This document shows, piece after piece, positions 1 to 12,369 of a stretch of 64,000 bases of DNA. Every line of letters begins with the position of its first letter. The stretch's first letter is position 1. Made by a program: the position numbers and the translations under genes. The notes under the pieces are model-generated. The model had not been told where the DNA came from and searched no databases. It worked only from the letters and a program-made list of their open reading frames with translations. This DNA comes from Podarcis muralis (lineage: Eukaryota). The stretch lies in the NCBI RefSeq assembly GCF_964188315.1, contig NC_135656.1, positions 121,582,001 through 121,646,000 of the forward strand. The letters are read 5' to 3'.

Positions 1-944
1 ACAAATAAGTTCTGTATTAGTACAGAAACCCTTTCCACATGTCACACACTTATATGGTTTTTCACCTGTATGGTATCGCACATGTACTTTAAGGTGTGAA
101 CTCTGACTGAAGCTCTTTCCACACTCCGAGCATTTATATGGCTTCTCCCCGGTATGAGTTCTCCGATGTGAACTGAGATGTGCACTCTGACGGAAACTCT
201 TTCCACATTCCAAGCATTTATATGGTTTCTCTCCTGTGTGGGTTCTCTTGTGTAAAGTAAGGCTAATTAGATGGGCAAAGTTTCTTCCGCACTCCAAACA
301 GCTATATGATTTTTCTCCGGTGTGGATTTTTTGATGTGATGTAAGGCTTGAACCATAAGCGAAGCTCATTCCGCACTCCGGACATTTATATGGCTTCTCC
401 CCTGTGTGTATTTTTTGATGAGTTAGAAGACCTTGGCTATTACGGAAGCTCTTTCCACAGTCAAAACAGGTATACGGTTTCTCCCCTGTGTGAATTTTTT
501 TATGATATACAAGGCCTGAGTTGTTACTGAAGGCCTTTCCACACTCTAGACAGGCATATGATTTCTTCCTGGTGTGAATGTTTTGATGTTTTTTAAGGTG
601 TGAGCGGCAACGGAAACCCTTTCCACACTCCGAGCATATAAACGGTTTTTCTCCTGTGTGGATTCTCTCGTGTTCAGTAAGTCGTGAACGCTCAAGGAAG
701 CTCTTTCCACACTCCAAGCATTTGTGTGCTTTCTCCTCCGTGTGAATTCTGCAATGTGAGTTGAGGGCAGATTTGCTTCTGAACGCTTTGCCACACGATG
801 GGCACTGATTTGTTTTCTCTCCCTGGCGGTCTTTCTCCTGGACTGGGATTTTATGGCCGTCATCAGGCTGCACAAGAATGCCTTTATCACACTTGGTTAT
901 GTCTGTCGAGACCTGGGAACAACGACTGTCCTGTCCACCACCTG
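1..944 (-). CDS. ZNF-A C2H2 zinc-finger exon: 9 complete fingers plus 1 partial, running off the window start
   Basis: Manual minus-strand translation is open from acceptor cttctcttggtttcag|CAGGT (phase 1): GGGQDSRCSQ...QCPSCGKAFRSKSALNSHCRIHTEEKAHKCLECGK... with repeated HTGEKP-type linkers. It is missing from the ORF track because no stop falls inside the window. Confidence 0.92.
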
Positions 945-1728
945 CTGAAACCAAGAGAAGATCCAAATTAAGAGCATAATCCCCATTACAATCCCAGCAA
1001 AACTTGCAAGCCCCTCAAGGGCTGGTTGTTGCAAAATGCAAACTGAGAAGGAGTCTTTTCAGTCCATCATCTGCCAAAGGAGGACAAAGTAAAGCAAAGC
1101 TTTTTAATAATGGCAAACTCTCCCCGGTGCCATTTTTCTCTCTCTTCCTAATAAATGCATTATAATATTAATTCCAGAATGGCCATTCATTCTGAGATGA
1201 TCGTGGGCCTTTGACGTGCTTCGCCTAGTGGGGGGTGGGACTGATTCAACACCCCAGCTAAGTTCCTACAAAGAAAGCTTGCAGGAGAGATGCTGTGAGC
1301 TGTGGAAACGGACACAGATTCTCACCCCAATGGGTCAAACCAATCCTGGATTAATCATAAAATCAGAGAGTTGGAAGGGACCACGAGGGCCATCTAGTCC
1401 AACCCCCTGCAATGCAGCAATCTTTTCTCCAAGGTGGGGCTACCAACTAGGCTGTGGGAGCCTCCCCATGTGTGGGGCTCCCACTCGCAGTTTCCATGGT
1501 AAAAGTGGGGTGTCTTCCTCCTGACCCCCACCAGAGAAAAAAGAAGGACTCATGCCTGAAAATGAATCTTCTACACATGACCATTAAATCATTCCTTTCC
1601 TTTGTTTTTACCTTTTATCTCTGCAAGCGCAGAGCTCTGGCCCTGCAGCCTTCCTTGTTTTCTTGCCAAAGGAGCTTCCTCACCCCCAACATCTCCCCAG
1701 GTCCCCATCTCCATTCCCTGGGACTCAC

Positions 1729-1878
1729 CAGATCTCTCCGAGGGTCCTGGAGGGGAACGGTCAGAGGTGGTGGGAGACAGCCTGACCAGGTCAACTGTCC
1801 ATCTTCCCCCTTCCATCCTCGCTAGGATTGTGGGATCAGCCTCTTTTATCCTTGCTGAGGAGCTCAGAAGGCATTTTC
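1729..1878 (-). CDS. ZNF-A putative internal coding exon (150 nt, phase 1-1)
   Basis: Acceptor ttatttttccgtcctag|, donor CTG|GTGAGT; open frame KCLLSSSARIKEADPTILARMEGGRWTVDL...PGPSERS, in phase with the ZF exon. Confidence 0.6.
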
Positions 1879-2138
1879 CTAGGACGGAAAAATAAGCAAA
1901 AGGAGCCTCTGAGGACCTGCAGGGATTCTTCTGCCCCTGAAGAAGCCCAAATGGGGCACCCCCTCTGCAACAGTCCCCAACAGAATCTTCTTTGCACCAC
2001 CATTAAAAAACATTCCTCTCCTTTCTTTCCACCGTTTGTCTCTGTTCTTGACCTGCAGCCTCCCTCGTTTTCTTGCCAGAGGAACATCCTCACTCCCAAC
2101 ATCTCCCCAGGTCCCCATCTCCATCCCCTGTCACTCAC

Positions 2139-2271
2139 CAGATCTCTCTGAGGGTCCTGGGAGGGAAAGCTTGGAGGTCGTTGGGAGGAATGCAGGAGAC
2201 AACCTGACCAGGTCAACTGTCCATCTTCCCCCTTCCATCCTCGCTAGGTTTGTAGGATCAGCCTCTTCCAT
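2139..2271 (-). CDS. ZNF-A putative first coding exon (MEEADPTNLARMEGGRW...)
   Basis: AGGATGG start context, acceptor ctccctcccag| at 2303, donor CTG|GTGAGT, phase-1 end; tandem paralog of exon 1729-1878. Confidence 0.55.
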
Positions 2272-2627
2272 CCTTCCTGAGGAGCTCAGAAGCTGCAGGT
2301 TCCTGGGAGGGAGATAGAAGCAAAGGCAGCCTCAGAGGCCCTGCAGGCATTTTCCCGCCCAAGATATTTTCTTGGCGAATGATAAGCCTGCCTAGGTGTG
2401 GAGCTCCCATGTGCAGCTTCCAAGATAAAAGAGGAGTGCCTCCCTCCTGAACCCCACCATGCGAGGACAGTGGAGTCAAGGCTGAAGGGAAATCTTCTTC
2501 CCACCACCTTTATAAACACCCCTTTCCTTTTCCCTCTGCCATCCTGGAGCTGTAACACGGCTGCCTCCCTTCCATTCCTCCTCCTCTCTTTCCCCTCACA
2601 GGCAGCCGGGGTTCAGGGTTCCCCCAG

Positions 2628-3790
<1,163 letters not shown>

Positions 3791-3952
3791 TTTACACAGA
3801 CCCTTGGTCGGTTCTAGCGCGCTAGGATTCGTGGCGTTTGTTTAGAAATTTGTTTAGAAATGTTTTTAGTCATTGTGCATTGCCTTTCTTTGTCCCAACG
3901 GTTTCCCACATTCTCATTGCAACTTGTAGATGGATGACAAAAGTGTAGGATT

Positions 3953-4061
3953 CAGTTACAGATGGGTAGCCGTGTTGGTCTGCCATAGTCAAAACAAAAA
4001 AAATTCCTTGCAGTAGCACCTTAAAGACCAACTAAGTTAGTTCTTGGTATGAGCTTTCGTG
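3953..4061 (-). mobile_element. Penelope-like pseudo-LTR fragment, truncated inside the hammerhead stem II
   Basis: Reverse complement reads CACGAAAGCTCATACCAAGAAC..CTTAGTTGGTCTTTAAGGTGCTACTG..GGCAGACCAACACGGCTACC, the same family as 11577-11710. Confidence 0.75.
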
Positions 4062-4716
4062 TTATTCCTGCGTTTTAAAGGAGATCACGGAATCCATGCA
4101 ATTCCCTGCTTTCAGTTGCTTCTTTGCACAACAGAGGGATCCCTAAATAAACTCTTAGATTAGTATCTCCCCTTCTATTTTAGCCAGGTCCCCTCCCCTT
4201 CCTCTTTGCAGTCTTAGAGGGAGGGGCAGGAACGAGAAAGAGCGCGCGTCCCCTTCCCCATTTGAAAAACTGGGAAGAATGCGATTGTGCTGCGCGCAGG
4301 AGATGCTGTTTCCGCCCGCCCAAGGTTAGGAAAAGAGGGGAAGGAAAGGGACGGTTCCAGAAAGGGGGTCTTGGAGTGGGGGATGGGGGAGATGCATGGG
4401 ACCACCCCCCAAAAATTCAGCTCAAAGAAAGTTGCAATGGGCGCGAAGGATGGTCGTGCAGCGGCTCCCCAGGAAACGAGGCGAGGCTGGAGAAACGGAT
4501 TTGGGAGGGAAGGCGCGGGAGGATGCGCAGCCGACGGAAGACGAAGCAGGAGGGCTCTGGGAGGAAGGAGGAAGGCAGGTGCTGGTTGGGAAATGGGGGG
4601 GGGGGTCTGTGCTGGGTGGGGAGGGCAGGAGACCACCCAGGATTTGGGTGGAATGGAAGGGAGGCAGCCCTGTCACAGCTCCAGGATGGCAGAGGGAAAA
4701 GGAAAGGAAATGTTTT

Positions 4717-5215
4717 GTTTTGTTTTTTAAAGATTTTTATTAAAGTTTTCAAAGTTTATATAGAAACAAGACAAAACAAAAAAAACAAAAACAAGTATAC
4801 TTTCAATCCCTTATTTTCTTATAACTTACTTCCTCGACTTCCTCATACCTCCCCTTTCTGTATTCTAATGTCCAATTGTTAATTCAGCAAATCCTCTCCC
4901 TTATTTTCCATTTACATTTTTTAACCTTTCATTTCTGCACTTAACCATTACCACTGAAAACCACATATTTTCTAATCCAGCGTCATTCTAGCATTCATTA
5001 ATTTTTCAATGTTTCTTAAGGTAGTCTTTAAATTTCTTCCAATCTTCTTCTGCTGTCTCTCTTCCCTGGTCTCGGATTCTGCCGGTCATTTCTGCCAGTC
5101 CCATATAGTCTATCACCTTCATCTGCTATTCTTCCAAGGTGGGTAGTTCTTGCAACTTCCAATACTTTGCGATGAGTATTCTTGCTGCTGTTGTGGCATA
5201 CATAAAAAAAGTTCT
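4717..5215 (-). mobile_element. 5'-truncated L1 3' end with 17-bp target-site duplication
   Basis: Minus translation YATTAARILIAKYWK..PTLEE*QMKVIDYMGLAEMTGR; T-rich tail; AGGAAAGGAAATGTTTT at 4700-4716 and 5216-5232. Confidence 0.85.
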
Positions 5216-5298
5216 AGGAAAGGAAATGTTTTTAATGGTGATGTGAAAAAGATCCCCTTTCAGGCATGACTCCTTCTTTCTTCTCTGGTGGGGTTCAG

Positions 5299-5429
5299 CA
5301 GTGGCGTAGCGTGGGTTGTCAACACCCGGGGCAAGGCAAGTAATTTGCGCCCCCTAACCCGTGGATTTGCACCCCCTAACCCCCAGATGTTGCGGCCGGC
5401 CCCCCTGCACCCCCCACGATACGCCACTG
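5299..5429. mobile_element. hAT-type MITE
   Basis: TIR CAGTGGCGTA/TACGCCACTG; exact 8-bp TSD GGGTTCAG; empty site in the paralog near 1515-1535. Confidence 0.9.
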
Positions 5430-6268
5430 GGGTTCAGGAGAAAGACACCCCACTTTTAGCATGGAAACTGTGAGTAGGAGCTCCAGACATGGGGAGGCTT
5501 CCACAGCCTAGTTGGTAGCCCCACTTTGGGCAAAAGATTCCTGCATTGCAGGGGATTAGACTAGATGGCCCTCATGGTCCCTTCCAACTCTACGATTTTA
5601 TGGTTCATCCAGGATTGGTTTGTCTCATTGGGGTGAGAATCTGTGTCCATTTTCACAGCATCTCTCCTGCAAGCTTTCTTTGTAAGAGCTTAGCTGGGAT
5701 GTTGAATCAGTCCCACCCCCCACTCAATGGAGCACATCTAAGTCCCACAATCATCTCACAATTAATAGGCATTCTGGAAATAATATTATAATGTGTTTAT
5801 TAGAAACAGGGAGAGAGAAAGATGCCACCGGGGAGAGTTTGACCTAATTAGAAACCCTTCCTTTGCTTTGTCCCCCTGGAGATGTTGGCAAATTAGAACT
5901 AAAGAGCAATGCCTGATGTTAGGAACTTGGCCCTGGGGTGGCCTTCAGCTCTGGTCCATTTCTGCCCTGCAGATGTATAAAGGCAGCTCGCTGTGACTTG
6001 CCCTGCTCTCAGGCTTGGTTTGCAAAAGAGCCATCCGTTCGTGACTGTCTCAGCTGCCACCAAAAAGCTTTGTTGGGTGAGGGAAGCTTCACTGGTCAGT
6101 AGGGGCCAGTGCCGTCTGTCTGATAATGGCAAAGAGCTCTTGCTACTCAAGCAGACTAATAAGAGCATAATAAACGTCAAACAGCAGCTCAAAGGGTAAC
6201 ACCTTGATGGGGGCCTGGAGGCTGGCTGGCAGCTGCTGCCATTGAGGGATGAGGGACTGAAAAGATTC

Positions 6269-6570
6269 TGTTATGTACTGAGTTGAATAGGATCCAAACT
6301 GCAGCAGTCTGATTGGTCCTAGAACAATAGGGTCCAAAATGCAGCAGTCTGATTGGTCCTAGAACAATAGGATTCAGAATGCAGCAGTCTGATTGGTTCT
6401 AGAACAATGCAGCAGTATGATTGGTTGGCAGGAACCACCCAATTATGCATTGGCTTACAGTAGAATTCCAGAATTAGCCAATCATGTGCAGCCCATTGTG
6501 TAAATAATGTATATAAAGCAGATACTTTGAGGGGACATCCATTCCTTCCTCCTCACCACTATGAGCTGAA
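6269..6570 (+). mobile_element. LTR-like element (truncated solo LTR) with a 40-bp tandem repeat
   Basis: Starts TGTTATG; three 40-bp units plus a partial unit (6286-6427), each with ATTGG; TATATAAA at 6510; interrupted by L1 at gagctgaat. Confidence 0.6.
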
Positions 6571-7430
6571 TGGAAGTTAGGGAATTCTGGGATAATATCT
6601 ATAATGAATTCAAGAAATTATTCAGACTCACTTTAAAAAAACAAAGGCAGAGATCTTTCTTTTAGGCATTTTACCATTAGAAATTAAAAAAAGACATAAG
6701 ACCACTGTTCATGTGTGCCACCACAGCAGCAAGAATCCTTGTGGCGAGGAAGCGGGAAAACGAAACAATACAGACAATCACAGATTGGCAGATATTCCTG
6801 TTAGAATATTTACAACGAGCAAAACTGACGGGAAGAGTTAGAGGAGTATTGAACCAGAAAATGTTTGGAGAATGGAGAATATTTAAGGATCATATAAGAT
6901 CATATAAGTCAGATTAACGATATGTTATGAACTGATGTTCTCTTATGTCGTTTATTTATGTTTTTTGTATTTTTTATTCCTTTCTTTTCTTTTCTTTTCT
7001 TTCCTTTTTGGTATGTTTGTGGTTTTGATTTACATTATGCTGGGGGGGGGGGAAATAAAATAAAATAAAAAAGGATCATATAAGATCATATTGTACCAAC
7101 CACACCATATTAGCAGAACTTGAGTGATACTTGTAAACACAACAAATACCGTTTGTGGAGTAGACGGGAACAATGTTAAAGAACATAAAACTGCGGAAAA
7201 AACAACGACAGTATAAACAGTACAATGAGAATGATTGGAAGATTCATTTTGTCAGAAGTCTTTTTTATTTAAGTATTAATTAGAAAGATTTTTTATGCAC
7301 ATAAATCTGCTTTTTCTTTCTTTTTTCTGTATTTTCTTTTTTCTCAATTGTTTTTTCTTTAATTTTATTCTTGTAGTATGAGATTGTGTGTAATTTAAAT
7401 TAATAAAGATTATTTAAAAATAATAATAAT
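6571..7430 (+). mobile_element. L1 ORF2 C-terminus and 3'UTR, with a nested 165-bp insertion (6906-7070)
   Basis: CATTAARILVARK..DWQIFLLEY..KDHIRSY..; a 21-bp duplication AAGGATCATATAAGATCATAT flanks the nested A-tailed insert. Confidence 0.8.
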
Positions 7431-7771
7431 GGAAGTACAAAGAGAGAAAAAAGGCAGCACAGTATATCTGGAAGAGACTTAAATGAGGTCAGGACCATGA
7501 GAAAAGCCAATCTTCTGGAGTTCTGTGTATCTGTCTTTGTTGTATGCATGATAAAAATCACACTAAACCATGCAGGACCCTCAGAGCCCATTGGCATGTG
7601 CTATTTCTTTCCAGTTAGCGCTAAACTTCACACCAAATTAAAAGTTGCCAGTCCCATAAGCTTTTCCATTTGGGGGCAAATGAACGTTAAAAGTTCCTGG
7701 GAGCTGAACCCTTTCAGCTGATCGTGCCATAGATTTCGTAAACAAATCTGTGGTAAAGTTGGGATGGGATA

Positions 7772-7988
7772 CAGTGGTACCTTGGTTTGCAACCGTTCTG
7801 GATTACAACGTCAAATCCAGAACTGTGTGTCCCTTTTTTTGGATTACAACCCTTGTTTATTATTATTACATCCTTCTTCTTTTTTTTTTGGAGGCCCAAT
7901 TGGCGAAGGCACGCCTTGGGTTACAACCTGTTTTGGTTTACAACCGGACCTCCAGAACGGATTATGGCTGTAAACCAAGGTACCACTG
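7772..7988. mobile_element. Tc1/mariner (Tigger/pogo-like) MITE
   Basis: TIR CAGTGGTACCTTGGTTT; TA on both sides. Confidence 0.85.
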
Positions 7989-8098
7989 TATCTGAGTATT
8001 TTTGGCAATTTCTTCACAAACCATTTCCCACAAATTAATACCTCTGGGCAGTCCCACCATAAACTTTCACTCCATTCTGCTACATTTCCAGAAGTGAA

Positions 8099-8339
8099 CA
8101 TGGTACCTCAGGTTACAGATGCTTCAGGTTACAGATGCTTCCAGTTACAGACTCCGCTAACCCATAAATATTACCTCGGGTTAAGAACTTTGCTTCAGGA
8201 TGAGAACAGAAATCGTGCTCCGGTGGTGCAGCAGCAGGAGGAGGCCCCATTAGCTAAAGTGGTGCTTCAGGTTAAGAACAGTTTCAGGTTAAGAACGGAC
8301 CTCCAGAACGAATTAAGTTCTTAACTCAAGGTACCACTG
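8099..8339. mobile_element. Tc1/mariner (Tigger-like) MITE
   Basis: Right TIR AGGTACCACTG+TA, degenerate left TIR; same family as 8969-9226. Confidence 0.8.
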
Positions 8340-9900
8340 TAATAAGAATCACTAAGAACATAGGAAAAAGCAATATTATTTTTTAAAAAAATAAACACTG
8401 ATAGTGTGTGTACATCTAGCACATCCATTAAAACGAAACAAATAATTGCAATAAAAACAGTATGGCGACAGCTTTTCATTAAAACAGCACTTCCCAAAAG
8501 CCTGCTGGATAGTCTTCGCCTGCCTGCAGAAGGACAAGGAGGAGGGAGCCAGTCTAACTTCTCCAGGAAGGGAGTTCCAAAGATAGGGAGCAACCACTGA
8601 GAAGGCCCTCTCCAAGGAGCCTGTGAGGCTGGTGGGGCCAAGAGAAGACCTTGAAGACCTCAGAACCTGGGCAGTTTCAAATGAGGGAACACAGTCATTC
8701 AGATAGCTTGGACATGAGTCATATATAGTTCACAACCAGCACTTGTGCCCAAAACAGACTGGTACTCCTGGTGGAGCTGTTGTAACGAGGGAGTCGTATG
8801 TTCCCCAGGCTATAACCAGCCCCAGCTGAAAATCTTATAAATCTCTGAAAGTCACAAAATATGCACTCTTGGTGGTTTCTTGCAACATGCAGTCAGTAGC
8901 AGTGGTTACATAACTTTATGACCACTACTCCATAGCAATTGTTGTTATACAATTCCATTCACCATATACAGTGGTACCTCGGGTTAAGTACTTAATTCGT
9001 TCCGGAGGCCCGTTCTTAACCTGAAACTGTTCTTAATCTGAGGGACCACTTTAGCTAATGGGGCCTCCTGCTAACGCCCTGACGCCGCTGCACAATTTCT
9101 GTTCTCATCCTGAAGCAAAGTTCTTAACCTGAAGCACTATTTCTGGGTTAGCGGAGTCTGTAACCTGAAGCGTATGTAACCTGAAGCATATGTAACCTGA
9201 AGCGTATGTAACCTGAGGTACCACTGTAGATCGGTTTATGAAGCATTTCTGTATCCTTCTGCTGTGCTGAAGAATTCCACGTAACAGTGGGTATATCCGG
9301 AATAACTGTTCACTACGTCTGTTTGCGGACTACTTTGGCAGCGCTGGACGTCATAAAACAAAGCTTTACGGCTTGTTTTCACCAGATAAGAATCTGTCCC
9401 ATTGCTTCTTTCAGAAACTTGCAGTCTACAAAGACTTTCAGAGACTTATAAGACTTTCATTTGGTTCTGTTTTCAAGAGAATCCATCAAGAGTGCATATT
9501 TTGTGACTTTCAGAGATGTGTAAGATTTCTGTTTATTTGGTTTTGCAGAGAGTGCATTTCATATATTTCATACTGTTCAATGTCCTGTATAGATTATATA
9601 AAGAGTTTATATTGACATCGCATTGTTGTACTTGGTCATCGTGTTGCCTTGGATATTACCAATAATTGTTTGCAACACAGGGGTTTAACTGTTTGGTTAC
9701 CAGCTGAAAATCTGGCTGCTGATATTTGAGCCAGTTGAAGTTTTGGAGCACTTTTCAAAGGCAGCACCCATTCCAGTAATTGAACCTGGATGTAACTAAA
9801 GCATATGTCACTGCAGCCAAACCAGTCCTCTCGTAACCCAGAAATTAGCCATATGTTGAAGAAGGCTGTTGTTCAGATGTTGAAGAAGGCTGGTGCTCAC
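8340..9900 (-). mobile_element. Old L2-type LINE fragment, interrupted at 8836-9699
   Basis: Degenerate squamate L2 3' sequence (aagggagttcca..gaaggccct) that resumes at 9714 (ctggctgctg..ttgagccagttgaag). Confidence 0.55.
8969..9226. mobile_element. Tc1/mariner (Tigger-like) MITE
   Basis: TIR CAGTGGTACCTC; TA TSD. Confidence 0.9.
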
Positions 9901-9993
9901 ATGGCTTTTTCCACACTTCGTACCTTTCCATAACTTTGCCTCTGTGTGTTTTAGTGTTTAGGAAGTCTTCCAATGTCCACACCTCATGCAGTT

Positions 9994-11381
9994 TTACAGG
10001 TTTTCGCCTGTGTGGGTTTTCTGATGTCCCGAAAGGTTTGCATTGTCACCGAAGCTTTTCCCACACCATTTTTTCTCTCCCGTATGTATTCTCTGATGTC
10101 TAGCAAGCCTACTGTTTGCACTGAAGCTCTTTCCACACACTGTGCATTTAAATGGTTTCTCGCCTGTGTGCGTTCTCTGATGTAAAGTAAGAGCACTGCT
10201 GTCAATAAAGCACTTTCCACACTCCATACATTTATACGGCTTCTTTCCCGTGTGTGTTTTTTGATGTCTGCTAAGGTTACTACTCAGACTGAAGCTTTTC
10301 CCGCACGCCGTGCATTTAAAGGGTCTCTCCGCTGTGTGGGTCCTTTGATGTAAAGTAAGGCCACTGCTGTCGTTGAAGCACTTCCCACAGCTGACACATT
10401 TGTACGGCTTCTCCCCTGTGTGTGTTCTCTGATGTGTCGTCAGGCTACTGCTCTGACTAAAGCTTTTCCCACACTCCACACACTTAAACGGCTTCTCCTC
10501 TGTGTGCGTTCTCTGATGTGAAGTAAAGCTACTACGAGCACTGAAGCTTTTCCCACACTCAATACATGTATACGGTTTCTCCCCCGTGTGGATTCTCTGA
10601 TGTAAAGTAAGGCTGCTGCTGCTACGGAAGCACTTTCCGCACTCGGTACACTGGCATGGCTTTTCCCCCGTGTGTGTTCTTTGATGTAACGTCAGGTTAC
10701 CGCTCTGACTGAAGCTCTTGCCACACTCCTTGCATTTAAATGGCTTTTCCCCTCTGTGGATTCTCTGGTGTTTAGTAAGGCTACTGACCTCAATGAAGCT
10801 CTTTCCACACTCGGTGCATTTAAATGGTTTCTCCTCTGTGTGTGTTCTTTGGTGTAAAAGGAGGCTACTCCTCACACAAAAGCTCTTTCCACAATTCATG
10901 CAAGCGTACGGTTTCTCCTCCGCATGGGTGGCTTGATGTCGAGTGAGGCTACTGCTGTCACTGAAGCACTTCCCACACTCCGTACATTTATACGGCTTCT
11001 CACCTGTATGTGTGTTTTTATGTCTTGTAAGGTTGCTTCTCAGATTGAAGCTCTTCCCACACTGGGTGCATGTATATGGTTTCTCTCCTGTGTGGATTCT
11101 GCAATGTATATTTAAGTTTGATTGATGTCTAAATGTTTTCCCACACACCAGGCATGTTTTCCTACTGTTCCTTTTGTGATCTTCCTGTTGGATCGGGGGT
11201 TCCTGGACAACAGCACTCTGGGAAGCAGGGACCTCCTTCCTCCTATCCTCTGAGTGGTTTCTCTCATCCCTTTTTGGTCCTCTTTGATTTCCAAGCATCC
11301 TTTTTCCTGCTTCACGCTCGGCTTTTTCCAGTGACACCAAATATTTTTCCGTATATGTCTCACTGCTCAATCTGTCATTCC
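9994..11381 (-). CDS. ZNF-B zinc-finger exon: 13 intact C2H2 fingers plus 1 degenerate
   Basis: ORF track 487 aa; acceptor ttttttcctcatctcccag|GG (phase 1). The N-terminal 25 aa of the listed ORF are intronic. Confidence 0.93.
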
Positions 11382-11576
11382 CTGGGAGATGAGGAAAAAA
11401 TATGTATGTATGAACTTCGAGGTAGAAACATGGGATATTATCACAGGTTGACCACAATTTGCTGCTTCTCTGATTTTAGCATTTCCAAGAAATGTGGGAA
11501 TTTCGTACTGCTAGCCAAGGATTCCCTGCATCACCTAACAGTGGACCTCCAGGATCTCAGCCATTATTCTATCTTT

Positions 11577-12027
11577 GGGTATCTGAAGAAGTGTGCATGC
11601 ACATAAAAGCTCACACCAATAACAGACTTAGTTGGTCTCTAAGGTGCTACTGGAAGGAATTTTTTTTGTTTCGACTACGGCAGACCAACACAGCTACCTA
11701 CCTGTAACTAGAACTATGGAAGGCACGGCACTTAGCCGCATGAAATGGAAGTCCATCAACCACACCAAGAAACTTGCACAGGTACAGACTGACACCTTCT
11801 TTCTGACTAAATGCAAGAACCTGGACGTTATACCTAAGGGTCTTAGAATTAAGAACCCTCTACAATCCACTTCTCCTACTGAATATGCAAGGAAACTATG
11901 CCACACTTTCTCCAAGAAGCTGCTCAAACATCTGATCGGGTATCTGAAGAAGTGTGCATGCACACGAAAGCTCATACCAATAACAAACTTAGTTGGTCTC
12001 TAAGGTGCTACTGGAAGGAATTTTTTT
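11577..12027 (+). mobile_element. Internally deleted Penelope-like mini-element: pLTR + ORF N-terminus + pLTR
   Basis: About 90-bp direct repeats at 11577 and 11938 (period 361, 4 substitutions) flank ATG 11716 MEGTALSRMKWKS..FFLTKCKNLDVIPKGLRIKNPL. Confidence 0.75.
11939..11978 (+). ncRNA. Minimal type I hammerhead ribozyme (intact core)
   Basis: GGTAT-CTGAAGA-A-GTGTGC(AT)GCACAC-GAAA-GCTC-ATACC: stem I GGTAT/ATACC, stem II 6 bp, palindromic AGCT stem III, predicted cleavage after C11973. Confidence 0.8.
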
Positions 12028-12369
12028 GGGGGGGGAAACAAGTGGAGCATCAGTTACCTACTGGATATTCAGAAGAAGATGCTGTTTTGGCGTTTGGGGC
12101 ACCTGCCTTTTCCTTGTCCTGCTGTGGCAAGGGCAGGCCTTCGGGCAGAGATGGGATCTTTTCAAACACTTAAAAAGCCCTCAAGAACATTTGGAGGCTT
12201 CCTCATGCCAGGTCAAATTGATTCTTCATCAAACCTCCGCATGGACTCATTCAACTAGCATGATTTCAGGGCTTTCCCACCGGCTGCTAGCTGATCCCTT
12301 TCCCCCATGGAGAAGTTGAACATAGGATCCTCTGTGTGCAGCCAGGTGATCTTCCTGAGCTGTGTTCCT

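Larger units (their letters stand above)
4213..5895 (+). repeat. Right arm of inverted duplication: exon-less paralog of the ZNF-A 5' region
   Basis: Reverse-complement similarity to 1050-1600 and 2500-3295; interrupted by an L1 and a MITE whose empty sites are visible in the left arm. Confidence 0.8.

Noticed and set aside
12059-12310. Possible first coding exon of ZNF-B (MGERDQ.., donor TAG|GTAACT)
   Set aside because: It has stops in the frame required for the phase-1 junction; it may be a UTR or decayed exon and cannot be supported as CDS.
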